This document shows positions 26,402-38,910 of a stretch of 64,000 nucleotides of DNA, one piece after another. Made by a program: the position numbers and the translations under genes. The notes under the pieces were generated by a model. It was not told the DNA's origin and did no database searches. It saw nothing but the letters and a program-made list of their open reading frames with translations. The DNA is from Eledone cirrhosa. Taxonomy: Eukaryota. How positions within the stretch are numbered: position 1 is the first letter of the stretch; the number at the start of each line of letters is the position of its first letter. The stretch is taken from the NCBI GenBank assembly GCA_964016885.1, contig OZ024745.1, positions 45,818,001 through 45,882,000 on the forward strand, in the 5' to 3' direction.

Positions 26402-26709
26402 CCTGTCTGGCCCTCTGGAGAATAGAGGAAATGTGTTTCCTTGAAAACTCGTATGACTCTAAAACCCGGTCCGCCTGTGTGGTTACATACAGACTAGCTG
26501 ACACTCACTGTAAAGTGTCTAGTGAAAAGCTGAGTACATGTACATATGTATACATGTGTGTATTTATATGCATACTAATACTTCCGTATACATATGTAGA
26601 TGTACACTTTAACTTAATTGTTTAAGCGTCAGTCATACAAAAGTGAGTTAGAAGCGAAACGAAATTTAATTTCGTTTCGTTATTTGTTTTTATATATATA
26701 TATATATAT

Positions 26710-26899
26710 AGGAACGAGTAGGACCCCGGCGGCTGAGCTCGAGCCGTTTCGACGGCTAATTCTGGACAGAATTAACCGTCAAAACGGCTTGAGCTCAGCC
26801 GCCGGGGTCCTACTCGTTCCTATTACCCACTCTACTACCCTAAGTATTGAGTACTTTGGTGCGTTATGGTCCATCTGGTTCCGTACCACATTTCCTTCG

Positions 26900-26901
<2 letters not shown>
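26710..26901 (+). mobile_element. Family A fold-back element, copy 3
   Basis: Same sequence as 14698-14900 in the opposite orientation; (TA)n flanks. Confidence 0.85.
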
Positions 26902-26972
<71 letters not shown>

Positions 26973-27063
26973 TCTCTGTTTTGTTCCCGTTCCATTTTTC
27001 ACTATATATGGAAAATATGGTGAATAAATAACTATTTATTTACCAGGCTAAAAATTCTAATTT

Positions 27064-27199
27064 AGTCCAGAAATAGCCGTCTAAACGGCTTGAGCTCTGC
27101 CGTCGTGTCATACTTTTTCCTATTTCCCACTCTACTACCCTAAGTATTGAGTACTCTGGTGCGTTATGGTCCATCTGGTTCCTCACCATAATTCCTTTG

Positions 27200-27201
<2 letters not shown>
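27064..27201 (+). mobile_element. Family A element, copy 4 (no inverted arm)
   Basis: Starts at AGTCCAGAAATAGCCGTC and ends in (TA)n. Confidence 0.8.
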
Positions 27202-27233
<32 letters not shown>

Positions 27234-28490
27234 CTACATGTTGACGCGTTTGTGTGAGTGTATCCGTGGTGTATATGCGTTTAATGTGTATGACGAGGCA
27301 CAGCAGTGCATATCAATAAAAGAGAAGTTTTCGCAAGTCAATCAAAAACTGACATTTCTTGGTAATAAACAACTTTCTAGGAATTCTAATTCATTCTGTA
27401 ATCTCCTTTATTCAACTTCCAAACTACGGACTAAACACTTTCATTTCCATCTACTCATCTCTCTCTTTTCTTTCGGCCTCTTTGTTTCTCTAATGCCAGT
27501 CGATAGTTATAAAGAAATTATTACCCTAACGTTCACCCATGCTCTTTTACACAGAAGTAGCCGACACATTCTAAGCCAAAAATCAATAGATTTATGTTTT
27601 GCAAGTAACCTTAACAAAGCAGAACTTTTTATTCAGGTTAATTCTTCCAGATACTTAGTGGCTGCTTAATGAGAGACTGGTGTGTATTTTTGGTTTGTGT
27701 TTACCTGTGGGTGTGGTTTTGGTTTTTGTTTACCTGTGTGTTCTTCTTTTTATTTGGCGGGGGTCTTTACCTGTGTGTGTGTGTTTTGGGGAGGGGTTGT
27801 TTACCTGTGTGTGTTTTTGGTTTGTGTTCACCTCTGAGTTTTTGTGTGTTTAGCTGTGTTTGTTATTGTTGATTTTTTTTTGGAGGGGGGGTTAACTGTA
27901 TATTTTGTGGGTGTCTATTAACCTGCGTGTTCTTGGCTCGTGTTTACTTGTGTTTTTTCGGTTTGTGTTTACCTGTGTGTTCAAAAAGATTGTGGATAAT
28001 GTTTTTGTTTTTTTTAATAATGATTCTTTAAATCATGGTAACAGAATGTCTGGTATTGACATAACAATTCTTCAAATCACTTCAATCTAGGAACATTGAA
28101 TAACACTATGTCCAGTATTGAAATAATGTTTCTTTAAAAATATATAAATAGGAAATTATATTAGCGAGAAGCAACAGTTTATGTCATGTAGTGAAATGGC
28201 GTTTCTTTAAATCGTTTTCATCTCTTTGACATAATGTATCTGTAAATCATGGACAACGGTATGATCAGTATTGAAATAGCGTTTCTTCAAATTTACTTTA
28301 TCCAATGTTCAAAACAACAGAATATGATGCTCTGCCATCTGGTAAAATTATGAATTTACTATTTATAAAATATTCCTGGTTTCATTCTATATGTTAGTAT
28401 TTGACTAGTGTGAGTATGTTATCGTTTAAGTGCATTTACTTACTCTTTAACAAAAAATAAAACTTGTCAAAGGCATGGTAAGAACTCTCC

Positions 28491-28916
28491 TGTAACAGTG
28501 GAAACCTCTGGCGTTTGGGGTCCCCGAATCACCTTGCTACTCACTGTTAACACGACGGAGTTGACCTCTCACGGGAGTGAATCCCACGAGTTGGAATGGT
28601 TATTTAATTACAAATCCTTCTCTATCCTCCGATGTAATGATTACTCTATCCCTTTATTCTGTCTGTCGGGACCATGAGGTGGTATTCCCCTGCTGCTCTG
28701 CCTATCTGAAAGGCAGAGCGGACGAACAGAGAGGTGGGGGCGGGAGAAATAACAAACTTTCGTCAACTGGTTCGTGCTGTTACCGTTGTACTCTACATAC
28801 ACGCATACATGCATACTACTTAAAATACTACTAAACTAAATATTCCCAGTCTCAACTATTGAAGCGAGTATCTTCGGCCTTAACCGTTCGCCAAATGCGA
28901 CTCAGCAGACAGGCAC
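28491..28916. mobile_element. Possible solo-LTR-like repeat; related fragment at 43510-43690
   Basis: Both begin TGTA(A/G)CAGTGGA(A/G)AC and share CCACGAGTTG(G/A)AATG; GC-richer than flanks; no clear TSD. Confidence 0.4.
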
Positions 28917-29254
28917 ACAGAGTGAGATTATGAAAAATAAGAGGATATAAGTCAATTAGAAGACTAAAAGTCATATCAGTACATTTATGTGTGAGTAACC
29001 AACAACACTGACTGTTCAGACATATGAAAGTGTTATTGTCTTTCTTAGATTTTATTTTTCATGTTATCTGTCTTAGATTTTGCTTTACTACACCCTACAT
29101 CTCCTTTTTCTCAATATTCTCTGTCTTAATAAAAACCAATCATCAGCTTTATAATTATCTCTTCTTTACAGATTTCTGCTCCGGTGAACTCTAGCAAAGA
29201 AAGACTAACAATACAGTTCCTTTCTTACTACATCTAATGCTGCTGCTAATTCTG

Positions 29255-29595
29255 ATGGTGGTGGTGGTGGTGGTGGTGGTGGACATGGGGATTGTAATGG
29301 TAATATTCGTGGTGATGGTGGTGAAGGTGGTGGTGGTGCTGGTGGTGGTGGTAGTAGTGGTGGAAGTGATGGGGATTGTATTGGTAGTGGCGATGGTTGT
29401 GGGGATGGTGGTGGCGATGGTTGAGGTAGTGATGATGGTCGTGGAGGTGATGATGGTGTCATTCTTTGCCCTGTAGTCGTGGTAGTGGTAGAAGTGGTGC
29501 GACCATTCTTATTTCAGTGGAGTGGTGGCGGGAGTAGTGGTGAGAGTGGTAGACGTGGTGGCGGTGGTAGTTGCAGTAGCGGAAGTTGTGGTGAT
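29255..29595. repeat. Degenerate (GGT)n low-complexity tract
   Basis: Direct reading; explains the Pro-rich and Val-rich ORFs. Confidence 0.9.
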
Positions 29596-29629
29596 GCCAT
29601 TCTTGTTTCTGTAGTTGTGTTGGGCCTCC

Positions 29630-29790
29630 GTTGTTTCCGACAACGGGTCTTCCAGTTGATTCAATCAACGGAACTGCCAGCTTGTGAAATTAACGTGTAA
29701 GTGGCTGAGCATTCCACAAACAAGTAGAATACTCAGCCACATACACGTAGTTCATAGGAAGATTCAGGGTGACACAATATGTGATGGCTG
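29630..29790 (-). mobile_element. SINE 3'-part fragment; related fragments at about 57540-57730, 60105-60400 and 60560-60880
   Basis: Shared CCAGTTGAT.CAATCAACGGAACTGC..GTGAAATTAACGTG.AAGTGGCTGAGCA.TCCACA; the 60-kb copies run into the CORE/V-like core and a tRNA head. Confidence 0.65.
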
Positions 29791-29859
29791 TGGAACAATA
29801 TTTTATCCATATAACAATGCACCTTTCATATACAAGGATGTCGAAGTAATACATTTTGG

Positions 29860-30115
29860 TTTATTTCACGGCTGGCCAACAGAGTGACCAACCGCTTTCT
29901 TTTCGTGTCGGTCATTTTCAAGACCTTGGGTGTTCTCGGTCCCTGAACTGATTGCAATTGCAGCCAGCCCGAAGAAAGAGCCGCGTGAGGTAGAGTGGCT
30001 GTTGCAGCGATTATCGCTGGCCATTTTCCGCGACATTGAATTCACCATTTTGTCAGCGAGGCACAGCTGAAAAGTGCCACTCAGACTGGAGTGTGGAGCT
30101 TGTCGCTTCCGCTCC
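29860..30115 (+). mobile_element. CRE-clade retrotransposon 3' remnant, copy 2
   Basis: ..KTLGVLGP..IAASPKKEPREVEWLLQRLSLAIFRDIEFTILSARHS* with stop at 30068-70; downstream sequence resembles the reverse complement of 920-962. Confidence 0.75.
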
Positions 30116-30926
30116 TCTTTCCCTTTCTTTCATCGATTAATTTTTATTTTTCTTCTCCTTTTTTTTTTCGTTTCCTTATTGCTATTTATTTTCAACAGTT
30201 TATATGAATAAATGTTAATATATATAAATGAGTTGAGGAAGGTGTTCTTAATAGAAGTAAATTAGTTTCAAACTTTCAAAAAAAAAATTAACTCATTTAC
30301 CAGGAACTCGATGAGCTAGGCCTGAAGTATAATATACAAGTAACTAAATTCAGTACTCGTTTCTGTATCTATTTTCTACACGTGTACTTTTGCATGGTTG
30401 TAAAAATTAATACATTTGCAAGGGCAACATTTCAATGTTGTTCACTTTCTATGTTTCAGAAAAGTGATATTTGGATAAAGATTTTAATTTGATTAGCTTC
30501 TTGGGAATATATATTTATCTGTAAATATCACCTAGCAAACATTTTCTGGAGGTGGGCTTTGTTTTTGTACGGTAACACAACCCATATATTGATAGCATCG
30601 TATTAACAGCTTCTTGCCCTGGGATATAAGTTTGAGTGAAACTACCTAATTTTAATGGCAGACGTCTATGCTCTGCCATAACACGACGCGTTAAAACACA
30701 ATGTTTAGTACTGAACATATTATTTTCGCAAGTGAGTCGATTTTCGCGCCAGAGAAATCGATTTACATTGAGGAACAAAATTGTATATATTTTTACGTGG
30801 TTTTGGAACTTAATCGTGTTAGCACCATTGTCAATGTTTTGTACTTTCTCCATTACATACGCAATAGATATTTGCATTGCAGTGTATTTTGATTTATGGA
30901 TTAGATTCTTGAGAATATATGTTCAT

Positions 30927-30972
<46 letters not shown>

Positions 30973-30980
30973 TTGGGTAT

Positions 30981-31239
30981 TATATTACAGATACACCTAC
31001 AGAGAGAGAGAGAGAGGGGGGAGACCGAGATGAGAATATATATATGAAATTTTCCTTAATATTATTAGACAGGAATTTATATATATATATATATATGTCA
31101 ATATATATGTATATATACACATATATATTGACATATATATATATATATATAAATTCCTGTCTAATAATATTAAGGAAAATTTCATATATATATTCTCATC
31201 TCGGTCTCCCCCCTCTCTCTCTCTCTGTAGGTGTATCTG

Positions 31240-31246
<7 letters not shown>
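30981..31246. repeat. ~266-bp near-perfect palindrome next to (TA)n
   Basis: Arms mirror each other, including embedded (GA)n and (TA)n; centre about 31113. Confidence 0.9.
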
Positions 31247-31305
<59 letters not shown>

Positions 31306-31408
31306 ATATATATACATACACGAGACAAACACGCACACACACACATACATGCACACAAACACATACACACACACATACATATATAGATAGATACATAGAT
31401 ACAATATA

Positions 31409-31799
31409 CGAGGGTAATCCCAAAAGTAAGGTCTCCAAAGCGATGGGGACGCAGAGAAACTGTTCGTACGGCTGTTGGCAACACTGTTGTGATTGGTGCT
31501 TCCTTCACTCCCAAACAAGCATGCGCGCGCTTCGCTGGGATGCTCAATCTTGGCTTGGCAGCCGTTGAGAATGGAACTCCCGTTGAACGCTACCGCCAAG
31601 TGCGAATTTCGCGCAGTTATTATATAGAGGGCAATCACAAAGTAAGGTCTCCTTCCGAGGAAAACATGCGTAAAGATCGGCGGATCACTCTGGATGCTCT
31701 CTCATTTTAGTTCCTGAGGTTTCCCGAAGCACCATCCACAGGATTTTAACGAAAAAGTTGCAATATCGGAAGGAGACCTTACTTTTGGGATTGCCCTCG
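31409..31799 (+). mobile_element. Internally deleted mariner element with transposase remnant and three TIRs
   Basis: TIRs and TA TSD; internal TIR from 31627; 31657-31772 reads EENMRKDRRITLDALS / PEVSRSTIHRILTKKLQYRK, the mariner HTH region preceding the WVP motif. Confidence 0.9.
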
Positions 31800-31810
31800 T
31801 ATATATAGGC

Positions 31811-31849
<39 letters not shown>

Positions 31850-34776
31850 AAGATAGAGAGTGGGGGAGGGAGAGAGAGAAAGAAAGAGAGAGTAAGACAA
31901 GGAACGCCAGAGATATGTTATAGTGAACAGACTGACAGACTTCCATGTATATGTTGGGGGTCTTGTAGGTTCGTGGACTTTTTAGACATATTATTCAGAA
32001 ATTTGGAACGTGTAATTTTTGTTTCGTATACGCTTTTTATTATTCTCATCAAATAACTTATATTCCAATATTTTCTAAAAAAATAATAATAATAAAATAA
32101 ATAAATAAATAAATAAATAAATACAAGGAGTGACATGTCTATGTAAATTCTTTACCAATAAATACTTAAATCATTGGCTATTTCTGAAGATTATGACTTT
32201 TTCCTGTAGATTGTTTTTTAATTGTGTTTCTCTGCGAATTGGTAGAGTCGTTAGAAAGTTGAATATAATGGTTTGTGGTTTTTGTTCCGACTCTCTGCTT
32301 CCTTAGTTTAAATCCCACCGAGGTTTTCTTTGCCTTTCATCCTTTCGAGCTCGCTAAAAAAACTACCAGTCTAGTACTGGGGTCGATTCTTCCTCTATAT
32401 CTCTTTCTCACTTCAATTCTGTTGTGCTCAGGCCTGGAGAGGGATGGGCTCTGCCAAGCTTAAAATGCCCCAAGAAATGCAGTATGTCAATACGGCGCCT
32501 CTACGACTCCATCGGGAGTTACCAGACCATACAATACCATACCATTCTACGAGGATCCAAATATCTTACCATTTAGTCATTCTGTCAGATATAGATGCAT
32601 CTAGATCTATTAGTTTTACATTAATTATCCATAAACCTATATGTCTTTTCTGACATGTGATGTTATATTTCATTTAATAAATATTTTGTTTATTCTTCCA
32701 ACAATAAGATATCCCACTCTTTTGTATTTTCAGTTCATCGATATTTCCGCAAGAATTCTACAAAGTGTAATAAATCATATTTATTCAATAGTGTATTTGT
32801 AGGTGCTAGTTGGGGTGAAGTTTTTTAGTTCGTTTCTATATACGTCGGTACATGTTAGTGTAAGTCTATAGACATGCATTCCCACACGTGTGTGCGTGTG
32901 TGCGTGTGCTCGCGTGCACATCTGTGTATATATGCCCGCGTATCATGTGCGCTACATCTATGCGTATTTATACATCTGTATGCTTCCAACTTGAATAAGT
33001 TGCAATTCTAGAAAACAGTATCTTTTCTTAATGAAAAAATGCACTGCGGTATTACTGGTATGCTGTGTTCTTTGTTTTTAGTAACCAGAAGTAACATACG
33101 AACATCATAGGATTGAGACATGGAATATTACTTCGAACATTCTATTTTCATGAGTCAAAAGCTATATTCACATATGGACCAGACGTTCCTTCAAAATAGA
33201 ATATTTGACCTTATTTCTTCAAATATTCAGTTGTTCAGGATTTTATTATATCATTCTTGACAAACTTAGCACTGTTTCACATTACATTAAAATCAGTACT
33301 TTCTAACTATAACGCAACACATCAGTACTTTCTACCCATAACCAAGGTGAGCTAACAGGTTTAGGATAGCATTGCTAGTATAGGAAATCAAAGTTTAGCA
33401 TCACCGAACACTATATCATTTATTCAGTTAAATGAATAAAAAACAAGCATATACTCCCATAACTATATATCTAACAAAAGGATTCTATTTTGTTTCCGCA
33501 ACTAACATGGCCGAGGTCAGCGAGCCCTGATGAGGGTTTTATGAAAGATGAAACTAATCAGTTCCAGCCTCATTCAAACTTATATATCTGACTCTGTAGA
33601 TATTGAATACAAAATGGCATGTAATAAGATACCACTTTTCCACAAAAATAAATTTCGCTTCGCTTTGATGGGATATTCATATCTACACAGTATTGACTTC
33701 TTATATGATTATAAGTCCTACGTTGAAGAATAGAGTGTGGTAGGGACCAGCAGGTTGCATCACCGTGTAACATATTATCAGGGGAGTATATAACTGCGAT
33801 GTCAGCTTTTCATCGTTTTCTTCGACGACCAACAAGATTTGATTTCCTTCTTATCTAATCTAATATGTATTTCTATTCCTTGGAGGCATTTAAACATATA
33901 GATTTTGTAGCATGTTATTGAAATCAAACGAAAAAATATCCGAATTAATGAACGAAAGCCATTTAAATAAGATATATTAGAATATGATCTGGACAATTGC
34001 TACGTGTTATAATAACTTATCAAAATCCATTCTTCTCAGATGAGATGGAAATAAAACCAGTTGACACTTATTAAAAATTAAGTACGGTTTCTGGTTGGAT
34101 AATTAGCTAATTTCCTCATCTTCTAATATTATTAATATTTCTATTTAATGACCTCTAAAGTAGATTCCAATTAAATCGATTCCCAAATGATCTACTGAAC
34201 ATTATCACTAAATTAGCTTCTGTTTACAAAAGTGATTTTTCAATTATAATTATTATGAAAAGAATAGGTCTTGCGATGCAATTGGCTGAGGATAAGGTTC
34301 AGGTACGCTATAGTACCTCCATTAGTGACTTTCCCTATCGATTTCAACAAGTTCACTACGATCCCCCGTGAACAAGACGATAATATAAATACTGGAATTA
34401 TGATGGCTTTTTAGTTAAAAGGTTACATCTTCGTATTAGGTTACGTTACAATGGTGTTAATTTAATTCGTCATCTAAGAGTAGAAATGATGTGGATTTAT
34501 TTCAGAAGGTACAGAATTATTTTATATACCTATCAACCCCTACTCAAAGTCGAGACCTCCATGATGTTATTTGTCCTGTTATAAAAAGCTGTCATGTCAT
34601 TTGTAAATTACACCCTTACGTCTCAAAAGATGGCGGAAGCATGCATAGAGGATAATGTAGTTCTAGATACATTGTAGACAGGGTGATGACGGTTTGAACG
34701 CCTTTGATCATGTTTCTATGCAATCGTCTCGGAGACGATTGCATAGAAACAACAGCAACAACCTATTAGTACTAAT

Positions 34777-35168
34777 AATTGTTTCTACTTTTGGCACAAG
34801 GCCAGCAATTATCTCAGTGCATTACTGATACTTTATTTTATCGACCCCTTAAGAATGAAAGGCAAAGTCAACCTCGGCGGGATTTGAACTAAGTTCGTAA
34901 AGGCCCGTAACTCCATGCTGCAAAGCATGTCGTCCGACCCTCTACTGATACTGCCAATCCACCGCCCTACTAGTAATAATAATTGTTTCTACTTTTTGGC
35001 ACAAAGCCAGCAATTATTCCAGTGCATTACTGGTACTTTATTTTATCGACCCGTAAGGATGAAAGGCAAAGTTAACCTCAGCGGGATTTGAACTCAGAAT
35101 GGCAAGGGCCGTAACTCTATGCGTCAAAGCATGGCGTCCGACCTTCTACCGACATTGCCAATCCACCA
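34777..35168 (-). mobile_element. Two tandem Meta-like SINEs (about 34777-34968 and 34980-35168)
   Basis: Two full reverse-complement copies separated by a short TAA/TAG tract. Confidence 0.9.
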
Positions 35169-35865
35169 CTAATAATATACACAGAAAAGCGATATAATGA
35201 TGTAAGGACAATTTCTTCAAAGATTTATAGTATAGTTATTAGAAGAGTTGCTTTGGCGAGGAGTTAAGTTGTTTCTGACCTCTTCCTACGCTAAATCCAA
35301 ACCATTTTCCCTGTTATAGCTACTTTGTATTTATGGCACATGTACGTACGCTTGTAACAGGTGAAAATCAATTTTTGTGGGATTTAACCATGGTACTATG
35401 GCAATCTGACAAATCTGGTATAGCAACACTTCCAATCCGGCGTTTTGTTGCTCACCATTCACATACAGCAAGCAATCTGTAACAATTGACCTGAGAGTGT
35501 TTTATTGAGTTGGAGCCAATAATAGAGCCCTAAAATTGAGGCTTTTGCTATTTGATTTGATATATAAATGTGTAAGGAAATGTTATACCTAATATAAAAT
35601 ATGTGGGCATGTGTGTGTATATATGGGTGTGTGTGAGAGAGTAAAGGTTGTGGAAAAAAATTACACGTACATAAAGAAAGACAGGACTAAATACGTATTG
35701 TAGTGATGCTATCATATTTATCGTAAGCTAAAAACATCACAAAACCTTACTTCGAAGTTCACGGTTCCAAATATTCAAACGGCCGCAACTTAAAATCCTA
35801 ATGACCCTCCGAATGGAATAGTTGTCATAACATCACATTTTCGTACATATGTCTGCTTGAAAGTA

Positions 35866-36096
<231 letters not shown>

Positions 36097-36484
36097 GTTT
36101 GTGTTTACGTGTAATTTAAAAGATAGAACATAGTCATCTCGAGATTAATTTCTATATTGCTCTATATTGCAATTATGGTAATGTTAGCACCTGCCACACA
36201 CTATCTTACTCAATGATAACTGAAATAACTTTCAGAAACTGAATATAACTCATACAGATTTAGTAGTGTGGAGGCAACAACGGAACAAAGAATTAGGGTT
36301 AGCAATAATATTAATACAACAAATAACAACCAATTAATAAATTACTTAATAAAGCAAATATCAAAACTATTGATATATACACATTTATGCATTTGTGGCA
36401 ATGTAACTACGTTCCACTTACTATCTTACCCAATGGTAACTGAAATGAATTTCAAAAACAGAGTATACTTATATATATATATAT

Positions 36485-36549
36485 AGGAAAATGTTTGACC
36501 CCGACGGCAGAGCTCAAGCCGTTTCGACTACTTGAGCTCTGCCGTCGGG
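36485..36549 (-). mobile_element. Family A fragment, copy 5 (mini fold-back)
   Basis: CCCGACGGCAGAGCTCAAG-ccgtttcgacta-CTTGAGCTCTGCCGTCGGG next to (TA)n. Confidence 0.75.
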
Positions 36550-36723
36550 ATTATTTTCAGTGGCGGACACATTTGTTTCTTTGGAAAAATATAAACATAC
36601 AACGGACCCACTTCTCGTTCTCAATTATCCATAGACTTACATGCATATTTTCTCTCGTTATCTCATTCTCATTAGCTCTTCCTCTCTCTCTCTCTATATA
36701 TATATATATCTCCTTATATCTCC

Positions 36724-36782
<59 letters not shown>

Positions 36783-37972
36783 TCTAATACCTTATCAAAT
36801 ACAAACGCGTACTCATACTTAAACACAGCTATATACTACACTGTCTCTTTCACACAGGCACACACACATGGAAATCACACGTCGACATTTGTACAGTCAA
36901 ATATACACTGATTTTTTAGGTTCAGGCCTCTTGGATTAGCTGAAATGCTACACTATAGAATAATTTTATTGCATACTAAATTGGAAAACAAATTTACTCC
37001 CTCATTGTTACGAAATTGTTAGCTCTCTGCATTACATACACCAGCCGATATCTCATAGATCTAACTCTTCTCAATATTTTTCTATTTATTCTCTTGCCGC
37101 TCTAACAGCAAAAGACTATTCATAAATAACAAAGCATTATTAAGTTGACATTGAAGTAATAAATTATGGCTGTAACTAAAGACGTTATTAAGGGCTTTCC
37201 GTCAAGAGTTTGTAGAACAAAAAGTTTCAATTGTAACCATCAATCTTTGCTGACGGAAGCGTTGAAAATTATTGCTTCTAAAATTATCTCTTTCAATTCT
37301 AAAAAACGAGATAATCCCTTCTTGTCCACACGTAATAATTCACTGTTTCTTTTACAAATATTTTTACCCTGATTAACTAAACCTATGGCATCCGTGTTTA
37401 AGTCTTTTATTAATACCTTGAATATTAGTATCATATAACTTTTAAACCCTACCCTTAAGTTAAGCATGTAAAATCCATATCTGTTACCCCTCTTCTTAGA
37501 CTTGATGTTTAATGAGCACTGACTTTTAATTCATATATATATATATATATATATATACACACTTACACCCCAAACACATACATACACATACATATAAAAG
37601 CTATATAAATGTTCCTTTTGTTCTCTTAGCGTGAGACAGAATGTTCCTTAGATATGAGTTTTTTTCTTTGAAGGGAGATAATAATTTCATATTTTGTGTG
37701 AATGTGTATGCGCATGTCTGTGTGTGTGTGTGTGTTTTGAGTTTTTTACATTCATTTAATTTATTGATTTATTGATATTTTATTTGAGTGACCCGAATCT
37801 TCCTGGTCGTTCTTTTTCGGCTGTACGGGTGATTTTAGGCATAATCTCTATGTGTTGGTAATTTAACGATGGTTATAGCTCTGATTTATCCAAATTATTG
37901 AGCCCTCTGCCACACATATCGGATATTGTTTATCGTTAATTCGTGAGCTGTTTTTCCGATTCTCGATTATTC

Positions 37973-38019
<47 letters not shown>

Positions 38020-38324
38020 TATATATATGAAAACAAGGAGAAAGAGACGATTATTAGCAAGAAAAATATTTTTTTTTCCTTTTTTGTTTCTCTCTCTCTC
38101 TTTTCTGGGTTAGAAAATGATTAAAACGAAATGTTTTACTTTGTGTGAAGTGTTAAGGTATTAGTTGATTTATTTATTATTTAACAATGGCATTTATTTA
38201 TCTATTTATATATTTAATTATTGTCTATTACCGGGTTCAGCATTTTTATGCATTATCAAATGATAGTGAAATGTATTAGTGTGGTGTCGCACATGTTAAA
38301 CAGAAGGTGCAGAAAGAATAATGT

Positions 38325-38910
38325 TATTGCCACATGTATGTATGTCACTACGTCTCATATCATGTGTATTGCCACATGTATGTATGTCACTACGTCTCAT
38401 ATCATGTGTATTGCCACATGTATGTATGTCACTACGTCTCATATCATGTGTATTGCCACATGTATGTATGTCACTACGTCTCATATCATGTGTATTGCCA
38501 CATGTATGTATGTCACTACGTCTCATATCATGTGTATTGCCACATGTATGTATGTCACTACGTCTCATATCATGTGTATTGCCACATGTATGTATGTCAC
38601 TACGTCTCATATCATGTGTATTGCCACATGTATGTATGTCACTACGTCTCATATCATGTGTATTGCCACATGTATGTATGTCACTACGTCTCATATCATG
38701 TGTATTGCCACATGTATGTATGTCACTACGTCTCATATCATGTGTATTGCCACATGTATGTATGTCACTACGTCTCATATCATGTGTATTGCCACATGTA
38801 TGTATGTCACTACGTCTCATATCATGTGTATTGCCACATGTATGTATGTTACTACGTCCCATATCATGTGTATTGCCACATGTATGTATGTCACTACGTC
38901 TCATACCATG
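38325..38910. repeat. 42-bp minisatellite, 14 copies
   Basis: Unit TATTGCCACATGTATGTATGTCACTACGTCTCATATCATGTG; variants only in the last two copies. Confidence 0.97.

Larger units (their letters stand above)
25324..26692. mobile_element. Inverted pair of partial tandem arrays of a 469-bp non-coding hammerhead-containing unit (retrozyme-like or non-autonomous PLE)
   Basis: Period 469 (AAACAATTAAG at 25325 and 25794); orientation flips at about 25997; (TA)n on both sides; copies almost identical. Confidence 0.85.

Noticed and set aside
25026-26625. Repeated [19 protein letters not shown].. in three copies
   Set aside because: Simply reflects the 469-bp repeat unit; short, with no recognisable domain
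29205-29476. Proline-rich (extensin/formin-like) ORF
   Set aside because: Product of a degenerate (GGT)n tract
33527-33565. CTGATGAGGG..GAAACTAATCAGTT hammerhead-like core
   Set aside because: Stem II poorly paired, no stem I, and no microsatellite or repeat context
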